A DNA stretch of 59,660 nucleotides, counting the filler, from Sphacelaria rigidula (lineage: Eukaryota), in assembly GCA_964200075.2 (NCBI GenBank). It is 8 parts of 8 records of this genome, joined end to end, with 100 filler letters (N's around TTAATTAATTAA, not from the genome) between each part and the next. Parts side by side here need not be neighbours in the genome. Positions count along the whole stretch, not along the records: positions 22,413 to 29,782 come from CAXNAA020015218.1; positions 29,883 to 37,252 come from CAXNAA020015219.1; 6 more parts are not named here. One strand, given 5' to 3'. This document shows, piece after piece, positions 23,574-36,602 of this stretch (the first letter of the stretch is position 1; each line of letters starts with the position of its first letter). A program made the position numbers and the translations under genes. A model generated the notes under the pieces. That model searched no databases, had not been told where the DNA came from, and saw only the letters and a list, made by a program, of their open reading frames with translations.

Positions 23574-26475
23574 ATGTCCTCTTTTTCCATTGACGGGGCG
23601 GACGAGGATGACTTCGCCCAACTGAGACAAACCAAGACATCGAGCACCTCGGGTAGGGACGGAAGGGTGACCAAGTTGGGGGCCGTACCGTTGAAGTCAT
23701 CATCAGGGCCGGCCACAGGCGGTGAGTGAATATCTGCATAATTGTAATTGTCGCCTGCGTTGAAAAAAAAACATACACACACTGCTCCCGCCGTTTTCAA
23801 CATTTTGATGCCGAATTATACGGCTATTCTTCAGGCCGCTCCTTAAAACAGACAAGAATAATAATCTGGAAAAGGTCCTTTTTGGAGCTTTCGCGTCGTT
23901 ATATGCCCCAAAAGAGAGCTGGGCGGAGTTTGACACCTTGGAATGACTTGCTCTACTAGTTGAGGCGGTTCCAGGACATCTTCCCGTTCTCCGTTGGCCG
24001 CAGTTCTTATTTTGGCCAGACAAGAATTTTTGTCCAAAACCGGTCAAATACAGTCAAATAAAAAAAAAACGCCGCTTTTCTCTGGACTTGACTGTTTTTT
24101 ACCGTTCTTGAAAAAAAAATTGTGTGGCCAATATAAAAACTGCGGCCACCGGAAACCGGAAAGATGTCCTGGAACCGCCTCAACTAGTAGAGCAAGTCAT
24201 TCCAAGGTGTCAAACCCCGCCAGGCTCTCTTTTGGGGCGTATAACGACGTTAAAGCTCTAAAAAGGCCCTTTTCCAGATTATTATTTCTGTCTGTTATAA
24301 GGAGCGGGCTCAGTCCATTTATGTACGCCAATCGGAGTGATGCCGCGGTAGGGATTGCACGTTTTTAGCAAAAAAGTTTCTCGGGCTACTCGGGGTGTTG
24401 GATGAATTATTTTGTGGATTTGACATTATTTTTACTTCAAAAATACTGAAAAAATGATGGCGATTCACGAAAAGGCCCCTGCGTGCAAGCACCATGTTTC
24501 TGGGAATTCAGTCCCCGGGGATTTGGGTTGCACAGTCAGACCCATATATTTGTGCTCCTACAGAAAAGAGACTTAGAAACAAAAGGTGCAACCCTTACCG
24601 TAGCATTGCTTATCGCTTGATCTTAACGTGGGAATATTTCTGCGGTGAGGATCCCGAAATCGGCTCAGTCGAAGGCGTTTAGCTTGGCTTGGATCACTGA
24701 CGTTGTTAGGCATCACGATGAAGAGCGCCGTAGACAAATTAGCGGGAGGGCAGGAGGATCAAGCGAGTATTTGTCTCTGAGGATGCGTCGAAATGATAAA
24801 CATCTGCGGTGGGACCGGCGATCTTTTGCTTCGCGATGTACGGGGGGTGGTATCTTGTTACTCGCGCAAAGACGACACCTGGTCCAGCAGGATGTCCAGG
24901 TTATGGTCAGTTTAATGCGTGTACGAGCTAACGTGACGAACAAAATAAAAGTAATGGTGAATAACGTCAGATATATTGGGGGTACGTTCCAAATGCCGCA
25001 TGCATATCTGACCACCGGTCCGACCAATCGGACGAATGCGAGTACGTGCTTACGAAATAGCTGCTCCTGTTTCAACCCTTTTGAGCTGCGAAGATGTCAA
25101 GTGGGACATCGCGCAGACATTTTGCTGCTATTTGGTCGAGAAATGAAATACCGTAGCGCCTGTCAGAGAACAGGGGTGTGGCACGAATTTTTAATCTTCG
25201 TCATGAATTTCTCGTGCCCCAAGCCTCCACCGGACCACATAGTGACGGAGATTGTCATGAGCGGTGATCGCGCTAGCTGTGTTTGCACGCTAAACCCATG
25301 TATGTCACGTATGGAGGTGACTTTCCTGGGGTTCCGTAATTCCGGTTGTCCCGTAAACGTTTCGCGGGAGATCATCTCCCACGATTACCACCTTGCCCGC
25401 TGCCTGGTGCCCAAAAGGAGGCGTACGCTCTCTTTACCCCTTAGACTGGCACCTGCGTGTGCTCCGCACAACGTTCGCTAACCCAGATTGCACAAATCGA
25501 GCACCAAAATGGCGCCTGCAATAGCCAGTTGTGTTTGTAGAGAACACTGAAAGTGTCAGATGAACGAATGATTCGTCTGGAAATTACTTGATTTTTGGTG
25601 TAATTGATTCGTACCGTACGCATAAATTTTCAAGCTTTGTTTTCAGCATCGCAACCCAGGTACGCGCGGCTCAGGGACGTGGAATGGTGCGAAAATTGCG
25701 GGGAGACCTACCTTTGTGACCAGTGGTGATTTTTTTTTTCTCTCTTTCGAGCAATCACGCCTGAAAAATCGTAGATTTAGTGATCGTGATTCGTCCGAAC
25801 CGTGGGATATTGTGCCCTGACGTGGCGTCGACGGTAATTGGCAGCATGGTTTTCCCTGCATTCCCGTCGTTGTGCGTAGCCTCACACAGGGTGGGCGCCG
25901 ATTCCGGAGCAGCTGATGACGATTATTGGTCACACAATACCCGCCGCCTGGCAGTCCCTGTGTCTCGCAAATATAGATCTTACAGCTAGTCGTAGATGGC
26001 TTCATTGCTTTTGATTGAAAATGTTCGAATCCCTATCACTTTTTCTTTTTTTTCTTTGCTGGTCACGTGATCTTTTGGATGTCGATCATAATGAGCTGCT
26101 GTCAAGATTTCAGCCTCCAACTCCTAATTTTACGCTGTGCGTCGCCTGAGCGAGAAAACCACCCACTGCTCTGGCCCAGCTCGTATGACTACGGCACGCA
26201 AGATCATGAGTACACCCCTCCTTCCCTTCACGCGGCTCCCTGGTTCCCAAACATATGCGATTACTCCTGTGCTCTATGGCCGTATTTGTTTTTGCCACGA
26301 CACCAGCAGCAGCAGCAGAATCAACCAAGCCTGGTGCTGTAGATGACGATCTGGATGACTTTTTGAACAGCCTTGAGGGGGAAGTAGGGACGTCGAGCTC
26401 CGCCGCAGGCGCTAGTGCGTCAACAGGGGCGAAGGCAGGGAATAGCACCGATGACGATCTCGACTCGTTCTTGGC
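23574..26475 (+). CDS. Hypothetical small acidic, low-complexity protein (at least 2 exons)
   Basis: Exon 23574-23721 (MSSFSIDGADEDDFAQLRQTK...GPATG; poly-T tract plus CAG acceptor, G|GTGAG donor, phase 1) joins in frame to exon 26307-26475 (AAAAESTKPGAVDDDLDDFLNSLEG...STDDDLDSFLA; GTAAG donor). A possible terminal exon lies near 26963. Confidence 0.6.
23832..24311. mobile_element. Fold-back/MITE element with ~225-bp arms and ~30-bp loop, in an intron
   Basis: 23832-24058 is an imperfect reverse complement of ~24089-24311, e.g. GACACCTTGGAATGACTTGCTCTACTAGTTGAGGCGGTTCCAGGACATCTT versus its complement. Confidence 0.85.
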
Positions 26476-27239
26476 GTAAGGCATGACGTGGGGGCGGAGG
26501 GGAGGGGGGGGAGGGGGGGGGGTAGCGCCCAAGAGAGAACATCTGTCGCCTTCTCTCTGCGAGTGTTTCCTTGTTGAAAGGGTGGATGATTTGGTGGGGT
26601 GTACGATTGCTGTAGTTTGTGTATTCGTTGGGAATGTACAGTAGCGTCATTGTACAACAGCATAATCATCAGCTGGGAGGGAGAAGAGCAACCAAGGCGC
26701 TGGGGGAAGTAGTTCTCACTTTGGTCCTTTCTATATTTCGCTGATCAGGAGCAGATGTTGGACAATTTTCCGTTCTCAGTGTATTCTCGTTTCGTTTCGT
26801 TTTCTTTCTTTCATTCTTGTCTTTTGTCTTCCCCGTTCAATTCTTTGTAGAACATGACGTATTAATCCAAACGAGTGCTTCAAACGTTTCACCGCCAATT
26901 CCACAGTCGGCTCACATGACCTCGACCGGCGCACCGTGTCTTCTATGCTCTCCGTCCACCAGAAGCCACTCGCGGTGATGGGGAACCCAGTTCGAGGTTA
27001 GCCATATCGTACCGTCATATTGTTACCGCGTCAGCAACAGCCTTGATATCAGTTCGGCAGCACCTTTGCAACGCATTACACCCAAGCGGCATTTTTGGGT
27101 GTGTCGGGTGAAGGGGGTGCCAAGGGTGGCTCGGGTAGGGCACCATACCTCGGGTACCCTGTATTTGCAACGTGTCATATATACCCTACCCAAGCCGAAG
27201 ATCATGAGTACTTCAGGGTACCTGAGGGATCAACCGACG

Positions 27240-27540
27240 AAAAAAGACCCGAGTATTCCAGAGTTCCTGGAATACTGAGAAGTACCCGTGTCTTTGCCGT
27301 ACACCTTAACCACCTTCAGGAAGGGTACGAGGGTACACACGGCGTATAGTCCCAGGCAGATACTCCGGACACTGGGGATCTTGCGCGACGAAAAAGTACC
27401 CGAGTAACCCCGAGTACATGAAGCACTGAGCAGTACCCGTACCCTTACCGTACACCCTAACCACCTTCAAAGGGTACGAGGGTACATGCGGTGAATAGTC
27501 CCAGGTAAATACTCTGAGACGCTGAGCGGGATTCTTGCGC
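27240..27540 (+). repeat. Tandem repeat, 2 x ~150 bp
   Basis: ACTGAG.AGTACCCGT...CCGTACACC.TAACCACCTTCA..AAGGGTACGAGGGTACA...ATAGTCCCAGG occurs twice. Confidence 0.8.
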
Positions 27541-30500
27541 TTTATCGTTGCTGCTGTGTGTGGTAGTGCGATGATGATCAGGGTGGCGTTGTTTTTGTGG
27601 CAGTACTGTACGTAGCAATGTTTTCGTGAGATCGATAGTGAAAAACAGTCAACTAGTTATTGAATCGTTTTAGTTCCGAAATGCCCCTCCACGAGGCTGG
27701 CTCGGTATGCTTTCCGTAGTAGCTTGCCATTGAGGCCCTTGATATCCCTGAGGAGGATATCGACGTTTAGCTGTAAGCACACGCCAGTGATGAAAGACGA
27801 AGAAAAGCACAAACGAAATGAAAAATTGGCCAAGTTTAAGTGAATGATCATAGCTACTCTCAATCAGCGCTCTACTCTCACTCTCACGAATACGTTCTCA
27901 CGTGTGGCGATTGCGACCGGGTGTATTGTACAACAACAAAAATGTAGGATCTCGTTGTGCGGTACACCTACAGTACAGTTGACTTGAAAAACGAGCCATG
28001 TGACTTGGGTGCAGTTGTCCTTTCCCATTTTCACTTGTTGGTTTCGTTCTGTGATGAGATTTGTCAAGAAGGAACTCTTCGTGTTCGTAACGGAGGGCGA
28101 ATGGAAAAAAACAGGAAAAATTGTGAAGAGCAAAAAGAAAAAAACTTTCCGCGCGCGCACAGACAGCAGCTGTGAAATGTTCTTGTTTTCATCAGGGTGT
28201 GGTCCACCAAAGCGCGACTGAAAGACTGGGGGGGAAGCGCGTGTGACGTCCTCGTATTGGCCGTTTTAGTACCCTCGGCCTGTTGCGGGCCCTGACAGTC
28301 TCGTGGAGGATGTCGATCTTGTAAACGAGAAGGACCTGGCAGGACGTCCGGACGCTGAAACAGTTCACGTCCCGTCCTCCCCGACGAATATTATCACAGC
28401 AGGCTGACATGATTTGAGCAGCCAAGATGGGGTTACGTTGAAATATATATAGCTTGTGTTATACGACGCTTACAGCGAGCAGGATGGCTGCGCCGTGTCC
28501 TGTTGACGTTGCCGCTGGTACTTACAACAGCGCGGAGACGCACACAATCGCCATTGCAGAGCAGCTACTGCTGGTAATAACGCAAGCATTACTGGGAGAG
28601 GGCACGAGCCATGTGCAAGGCATAGTCGAACAGGTCCGGACCCCCTTGGTTACACGAAGGCGCTGTCTCTTCCGCCCACACAACGATTCCAAACCCCCTG
28701 CGAAGGAATAAAAAAAGGATCCTGCAGGCTCATGGGGGCCACAGGGGTTAACGCTGACATGCGCACACGGCCGTTTGGCTGCCGATCACTGCAGTCACGG
28801 ATTCTCTGTCGGAGGTGCCCTTTGCAAGACTAGCTGATGTAGCTGCACCTTGGCTTGTCGGGCTTCGCGGGGCGCAACCCGAGTACATCCACCACTCATC
28901 AATGTCCCCAGGTTGTTGCTTACTCTCACGAACACCAAAACAGCAGGGGAATGAATCACTGAAAGGAAGAAGGAAAAAAACGCGCCCACAAGACAGCAAA
29001 ACGACACCTGAATGGATTAGTGAAAAATACTGTAATGCAAGGACAATATATCGCTGACGCAGGCACCCATCCGAATGCTGTTGATCCAAAGCGCAAGAAG
29101 CTACTACACCACCGGAACTGACTGCCGTATACCGCACACATACACCATCGAGTGGAAAGACAAGAACCACACACTCCCGCTATTATCGTGAATCAGCGTA
29201 CTCTATATCGAGAGTGGGGCGGGGGATAACGCCCTGGCGTCTATCCGCACACCACAAGCAAGTATATGTGCCCAGGGAATGCTGACGACCAGTAAATCAG
29301 GGTCCTCACATAACTTCACGTCTACATACATACGCATCTGCTCGGGTCGGGGCGACCGAAGTCCCCTGAGCGTGTTGTGACACAGGGGCAACTTCTTTCT
29401 TCTTCATACGCATAGTTCTTGATACTGTTGATCATGAAAAAATGTATGGTGACGTGACATCCAAACCTTCCCGACAGGCTTCCTTGTGTCGTGATGAAGA
29501 TCGACAATATCCTAACCCTCATGAACAACCCAGTATCCAGATGAGTTCGTTGCGGAGCCAGTGCCTGCACACGGCCGTCCACGTTCATGGAAACCCTTGG
29601 CCATAAATTTTACGAACACCCGGCTACCGTAAACCGATCCTCCTTGCTTGCACTATGATCTCGAGGCTCTCATCCATGTGCAAGATAATCAGTAGGCCTC
29701 GGGCCGAACAGTCTTAGCAGGATGCGGCTCACCCGTCATGCGACTCGCTGAACACACCACGGCGCTTCGCACTTGGTGATTGNNNNNNNNNNNNNNNNNN
29801 NNNNNNNNNNNNNNNNNNNNNNNNNNTTAATTAATTAANNNNNNNNNNNNNNNNNNNNNNNNNNNNNNNNNNNNNNNNNNNNCCCGGTAGATCACAGACT
29901 GGGATTCAGTACTGAGCCTGGGTGAAGAGGGAGAGAACCACCCCCCCTATGACCCCCCCCCCCCCCTCTGCCGTATCTCCTTGTGCACACGAAGATATGA
30001 AAGTGGTTTGCGTTTTTTCGTCCCGAGGGTACAGGGTCGGACTTGTACTGTGTCATTGGTTCAGCTATTGGCGTTCTCAAATCCTCAAAGGCTGTTATGT
30101 CGTTCTGGGGCGTGTCTCCGCGAAGCTCCTCATTGAAAATGAGTATATAGTTCGAATTCCGATTTCTCGATGTTGCGCCCGGGTACGGTACCGGCGAAGA
30201 CATGGTACTTCCAAGGTTGCGTGCCGTGGGGTATACCCGCTGAAATTCGGGTAGTTGCAGGACTATGAAAAATATATTTTATCGGCAAATGAATACCCTT
30301 CTGACCCATATCGAAGTGTTCGAAACAGGGTTCGACACCCTGTCGATCTATACCGGGATGTTCGATCCACATGTCGGTATGGTTGAGTATGCCACCCAAA
30401 ACTCCCACGTCGGGGTATACCCTATATAACACAATCTTTGGTAAGTGACGTTCGGGATCATGACAACGAACAGCTGCGAAACGCTAATCGATCCAAGCAG

Positions 30501-33282
30501 TTCAAACGCTGACCAAAGAGAGTCAGTCGCTCTGTCACCACAAACATGGCTTGGTAGTCAGTCCTCACCGTACCGCTTCCCTCGACCGCATCTGATGTGA
30601 TGATGCTTCGGCTTGGATTCCATGAGGTCGTCATGACCGATTTCGCAAAACTTCGTGGCGTAAATGCTGCCAAGGGCCGAGGCTGCGTTGCTTTGGGGCG
30701 AATTGACACAAGAATTTCAAGGGTGCGTGGGGTAGGGCATATACCCGGGTACTTTCTCCCCGAATATTGCGTTGCCATGGTTCGATCTGCAAACTCTACC
30801 CGATATTGGGCAAATGTAGGTACGATCGCATTACTGTAACCAATATGGGGGGTTGTTGTTGAGTACGACCTCAATACTCTAGCCCAAGTTTTGGGTGCTT
30901 AGAAGGTACGATTTTCAAAATACCCAACGGTAGGAAATACCCTACCCAACAGACCCTTGAAGAATTTTGCAAACACCACTGACGCTATTCCCAACGTCGA
31001 ACCAAGCGATGCTTTCCCCAGTGTGGGACCATTCGCATTCGATCAAGGGCACCTTATGTGCTCGTGAAAGGTGCGTTTACTCCAGTTTGTAGCCTCAAAT
31101 CCATGGTTGACACATTTTTCAAGCAACCCTGTCCATATCCCAGTTCCTAACCTGAACCCTAACCCTAACTCCAACCAAGGCATGCCGAGAACCCTCGAGC
31201 AAGAGGGGTACACAGTATATCCGAGACAAGTTGTGCGTTCGTAGACCTCAAATCGGTGCCACAGGCGCCGGTTTGAACATGAGCGCGTTACACGCACGCC
31301 GAGACGAGCACTCGGGACGGGCAGCCCCACTGTAAATATCCGGATATCAGTATTCACACTCAAATCAAGTTCTGTTCAACCGTGGATTTGGGGCGAAGAA
31401 CTGGGGTGAACTCTACGGGTTGGTGGAGTCCGGCTACCCAGTGACTCGTGTGTGCGTTCCATCATGGGTGTCTGTAGGCGATGCTGCATATGCCCTGGAA
31501 TGTTGGGCATAACGCTTGTATATCCCAGTGACTGATGACCATTATGAAGCCCATCACACCACGTTTTCGATCATAGGGACTCATCTTGTCGAGTAAAGGC
31601 AAGAGTTAGGGCTTGTCTAGGGCTTGGAAAATCGGAAGCAGGTTGGTTACGGTCCAGCGAGGCGGGTCGATGAAAGCGCCCTACTTTTTCTTGATAGCGA
31701 ATATATATATATATATATATATACATACAAGCCGTACGGTCCCGTCCGTCTCTTTCGAGGGTCTCGGTATTCTTGCCTTGCCAAGCCCTCGTGAGAATAG
31801 ATCCTCTCTCGAAATGTTCATGCCCGCCGGAAACATTGCAAGACCACTGCAATCGCGCGTCCGTTCGAACGGTCGCGAACGCATGTGTACCCCCTCACAG
31901 CCCCCTCACAGAGTAAAGTACGAATCCGCTAACCGGACCCCTAGCATTGGCATTGGCCCGAACAGTCATCTCCTGGGGCTAGGGCGGGTGCGGAGGAGCT
32001 TGCACACTAAAATCATCATTGAATCCAGTGGACGTCTCGTTACAAAGTATGCTTGACGCTCGTAAGTTCGAAATATTCTCTCTCTATATATACGTATATA
32101 TGTATTATATCCTCTCAAGATGTGCCCTGAGGTCCGACCTCTGTCAAAGCTTCAAGCGTCTGGATTCGGGGACAAACGGCTCGATCAGCCCTTTTTTTTC
32201 TTTCTTTGCGCATTTTCGACCCCTCCCCTAACTCTTGACAAAGCCGTAGTCTCAAGGGATCAACCCATATCTAACCAGGTACACACCTTCCACTTTGGTA
32301 TCGCGGATGGAGTATGACCATACTCCCGCACCGTGTCGACTCTATTCCACTAGTTTTTTTTCTGCTACTCACGCTTTCACACGTTTTCAACGATGCAAAT
32401 TAAATACTCTTCTGAAGTATATTATATATATATATATATGCACCTTCCCGGAATCGAACCCACGTTTCCCCCGCCCTAGTGGTATTCGTTGTAACATCAG
32501 ACCACTGGGGTTGGCGGCAAGCTCTAGTGCCCTGAAACGTGTGGGCCAAGAAACAGATCCGAAACTCAGTATATTCGGCCCAATACTCATCCACCGTTTT
32601 GCGGTAAGAAGCGTCCCAGTTGTACGTAGGTCAGCCTTTTCTGTCCTAACATGTGCCTGAACGCCAGCGTTTCACTGTGTTCAACAATACGCTGGGTTCG
32701 GGCCATTCGCACGAACGGCAGATTGCCAGGTTGTGTTTTGTAGCGTTCGGATGTGTCGTGCAAGAGTTTTTACAGAGCATACAGAACTATCGGATATCGT
32801 TGTGGAAGTCTCACAGGACTTACAAAACCCGTCGGGAACAGCACGGAGGTTGTACAGAAACCCTTACCCCCAACCGGGTGTGTCTACAAGGGTATACCCG
32901 TTCCCGGGATAAGCGTAAATATTCGGTGCAGATCCTACAGGAGTGTCGAACTCTAGTATGGCAGGCTTCTATAGCTTCACAGAACCTGTTACCCGGGTAA
33001 CTACCCTGGGTATATAATAATCCGTGCCCGACATAGCACAACCGTGGCAGATTGCACTCCCCCCTTCATTTATGCCAGCGGATCCAAACTTCACAACCTT
33101 AAAGCCTAACCGGAGCCGGAGCCGGAACTCCCTAGCTTACGTTCGTAGAGAACAGTCTGAGCATTCTGATTTTGCAAAATCCCAACTCAATGGCGCCAGC
33201 AGCGGTGATGCGTTTGGGTTGGTAGAGCATGCGTACGGCATGGCGGCGTTGGTTATACGCCGCCCTTCCAAGATCGCTTACT

Positions 33283-33495
33283 AGAGAAAATTCGGCTTCA
33301 AGGTCGACGAGGGAAAGGGACTGTTGAACCCCTCTCGTGATAAAAAATAAAGGCAAGTACCGGAGAAGGAAGGTGGAAAACCAAAACAGACAAAAACGAA
33401 AAAGCTCCTGTGTTGACCTTCCTTCTGTGTGACCCCGGTTGGTGCGCCCACATATACCGAAAGGTGTAGACCGGCGTCCAAAATCATGGGATGAC

Positions 33496-33530
<35 letters not shown>
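33283..33530 (+). mobile_element. 5'-truncated copy of the same SINE with a (CA)n tail
   Basis: Reverse-complement match to the SINE body (CTCCTGTGTTGACCTTCCTTCTGTGTGACCCCGGTTGGTGCGCCCAC), ending in ~17 CA repeats. Shorter 3' fragments at 15528-15635 and its mirror 21620-21727. Confidence 0.8.
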
Positions 33531-33535
<5 letters not shown>

Positions 33536-33849
33536 CTGGGTTTGGCTTCACGATTTCGCAGGCACAAGCCGACCGCGTCTCTCCCCCCTAATCTCTGGTT
33601 TGACTGTGCTCCACTGTGTAAATTGGCAGCCCCACCGAACTTTTTTCGAGAGACGAAAATAATTCCAAACGAAACACCGATTCGGGGACGTGTACGCTAC
33701 AATTGTGTGCTATCAGGAGTCTTGCGCCGCTAAAGGGTGCCCTCGTCCTTGCTGAAATTGAAATCATCTCACCCGAGCCGCTACGCCGCTACCCCTTCCC
33801 CCCATGCTACAGCAGCCTCCTTTCCCGAGTGCCAGGCTGGGTAAGGTAC

Positions 33850-34320
33850 ACACCCTGGCACTAAACCTCGTCTCGAAGTCCGTGTTTGCATCGTACTCCA
33901 CGTTGAACACATGGCTTGGCGAAGGCGATGAAGGCATCTTGAGTACCTGCCGCACTTACTGTCCTGGAAGCGCCATTCGTTGATTGCGAAGCCGAAGTTG
34001 TCGTGAATGTTTCGCAACAACCCCACCGCGTTCCTGTGCCCCATTCTTCATGCCCACCAAACCTCATGTTTTTGTCCGATCTGGTCAGTTTGGACTCGTC
34101 CACCCCCTCCCCTGTCGGTTACGCTAGAAGATAGATGGTGGCCACAGACGGCGAAACAGGACGGGGATACGACATGCGAACGGTTTTTGTGCAATGCTTG
34201 GAAGAAACGTAATGAGCGCCGGAAAGTTGAAGGTGTCTCTATTAGGAGTAGGAACGGTGCTCCGTCTCGAAAGGGGTGCGTGGTCAATGGTCAAGCGATC
34301 AAGGCAAGCAACAAATGAGT
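33850..34320 (+). mobile_element. Probable LINE 3'-end fragment
   Basis: Degenerate intronless coding-like stretch ending TLEDRWWPQTAKQDGDTTCERFLCNAWKKRNERRKVEGVSIRSRNGAPSRKGCVVNGQAIKASNK*; the IWxxRN-type C-terminus is typical of LINE ORF2. Assignment is by pattern recognition only. Confidence 0.5.
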
Positions 34321-34679
34321 ACGCCCCCCTCCCCTCCCGCTCCGTGTGCAGGGGCACCCGCCTCAACAGTGTACTGAATATGACAAAAGCTCAATCACCT
34401 TCGTGCAAATACCTGAGTTACGACGAAGAGTAAACAGTGTCACCGGCATACCAATACGGGAATACTTTCGCCCGAGACCTGTAGCTGAACGTTGGCATCT
34501 CTCTGGGGTTGAGAGCGATATATTCCACCTGTTCGGTGAAATGCGTGTGCACGAAAACCATTTCTGGAAGTCTCGCACCAAGAGCAGATCCGCCGTCCTC
34601 TGTCCTCTCGACCCTGAGCTGCATGCCTGCCCGAACAAGACATGGTGTACACACACATGGCATTAGTTCGTTCGATCAG

Positions 34680-36521
34680 ACGGGGAACCAGTGCATGCCA
34701 TTTTTTTCCGAAGAACTCGGGAAGGTGAGTTCGCTGTGTTTTCCAAATCGGTCACTGTATAGGACACAGGAAGGTGCGGGGCAGTTTCTGTGTATTAGTT
34801 TGTGAATACGGTGTGTTGTTCTGTGACCAGAGTGGTGTTTAACCGACGTCGCTATGGTCCTCCAACGCCCTCGCTGCCGCCGTTTGTTGTGTCGTTGAAG
34901 AGGATGCGCGAGCTGTGGTCGAAGGAGATGGCTAAAGATGAGCCCAATTTGGACATCAAATTCCAGTACGCGCTGCTGCTCATCAAGAACCGATCGCACG
35001 ACCGCAACCGCGAGGGAATGGCTCTCTTGCAAGGTGAGGAAGCTCACCACCGACTAACCCAGTCCCCGATGTCCCTGCAATAACGACAAGGAGATCACCT
35101 GATGTCGATTCACGGGAATGTGTTTTGTGTGTTCTCACCACGCGATAGGTACAGACGAATTGGCAGAGACGGCGTAGATTGTCGTCGCCCTTTGCACAGG
35201 ATGCACGAAGTTGGGTGGTTGCTGTTTTTTCGGCCTTTGAATATACTAGAGGTGACTCTGCCTAACGCACCCCCCGATATCAGCCGTCGGCCCTTTGATT
35301 AGTCTTACCGCGACAACACACATATTCCGCCCCTTTTGTGTTTAGTACGGCGGCGTCATTCCTGCCTTTACTCGTGACGGCACACAAACATTGCACAGCG
35401 TCATTGGTGGACCAACTACTCTCCTACAGTAGCGCGGCAGTTGTACACGCGAGCGGGGAGGGCAGGGCATTGAAATACGGGCACCGTAAATGACACCTGT
35501 TGCCTCGTCTGACCCACCGGTGTTTGTCTCGTGGATGACTGATCTTTGATTGTGGTACGGTTTATTGGCGGCGAGGCAGGCAAGCAAGTGCAGTGAAAAG
35601 AAATAGCTAAAGCACTCTTGCAGCGATATGCGATCTCAGCCGAGTTGGTGGGGAGCGGAAAACCCAGTGCAGACTGTTGCTGAAAAGAGGGCTGGGAGTG
35701 CAGGTAGACAGTGGACGTTGGGATACCTTTTGCACGAGAGCGAGCTGACAGATATCGGAATGGGGGGCGTAACACACTGTTTTTACTGGCACCATTCCAT
35801 TGTTGCATATGCTGTTTTGCTCTGGTTTGTTTTCTTGTGCTCGTGCGTGTACAGATCTGGCGGACTGCAGCTACCACGTCGAGGAGTGCTACTACAGCTT
35901 GGCGCTTGCTTTGTATCGGTGAGGCATCTCGTCATGGTCCGGCATGGCGGCAGAAATGTTGACATCAATTGGTTGCCCTGTACGTTGTTCGGGAGACGTC
36001 GGTGGCGGAGCACGATTTCAATTGAACGTGTGGGTGGTGTCTGTGTCTCCGCTTTCGTGTGTCTATATTTTGCTTTTGTAGTCACGCGGTAATCCGTCGG
36101 TTGTTGTGCTTCTGGCTTTGTTTTCGATCCGCCACCTTCCCCCTTCCTCTTGTCAACAACTGCTGAAGATGATGATATATCGGAAGTAGCGTAATTTTTA
36201 TTTTCGAATTTTCAGGCGTAAAAATTCAGAAGCATTGAAGGAAAAAACAGTACATGTACATATAGGTTGGCCGAATTGATGCAGTACCTCAAAAACAGCC
36301 TTCTGCATCCTTCACGAGCCAGATGCTTAGTACTCGTAGCGGGATCATTTTGTTCCTGCTCATTTTCATTTTTTTTTTTTATTATTGGACGTGTCAATTT
36401 CCCAGGATGACGCGATACCAGGAATGTCGGGAGATGGTGGAATTGGTGCTCAGAATGGACCCAGATATGCCGACCGCACAAACTTTGCATAAGGCTGTGC
36501 TGGAGGCTGCCGAACGGAGGA
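34680..36521 (+). CDS. FIS1: Mitochondrial/peroxisomal fission protein Fis1 (partial; the C-terminal transmembrane exon is not seen)
   Basis: Exons ~34680-34724 (MPFFSEELGK; ATG at 34695, less certain), 34901-35033 (RMRELWSKEMAKDEPNLDIKFQYALLLIKNRSHDRNREGMALLQ), 35855-35918 (DLADCSYHVEECYYSLALALYR), 36406-36521 (MTRYQECREMVELVLRMDPDMPTAQTLHKAVLEAAERR). Matches the Fis1 TPR-like pattern FxYAxxL..R..GxxLL / CxYYLA..xY / LxxxP. Confidence 0.88.
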
Positions 36522-36602
36522 GTAAGTTTTTGTTCCGTTTTTTCGAACTAGCGAGTGCCATCCCTCGATGTATGGTGCGAGGTGTATCACAGTCGGTTGT
36601 TT

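Noticed and set aside
24645-25481. Longest ORF in the track (278 aa) as a gene
   Set aside because: Non-ATG start, no recognisable motif, Arg/Cys/Ser-rich composition typical of non-coding frames, and it lies within a predicted intron.
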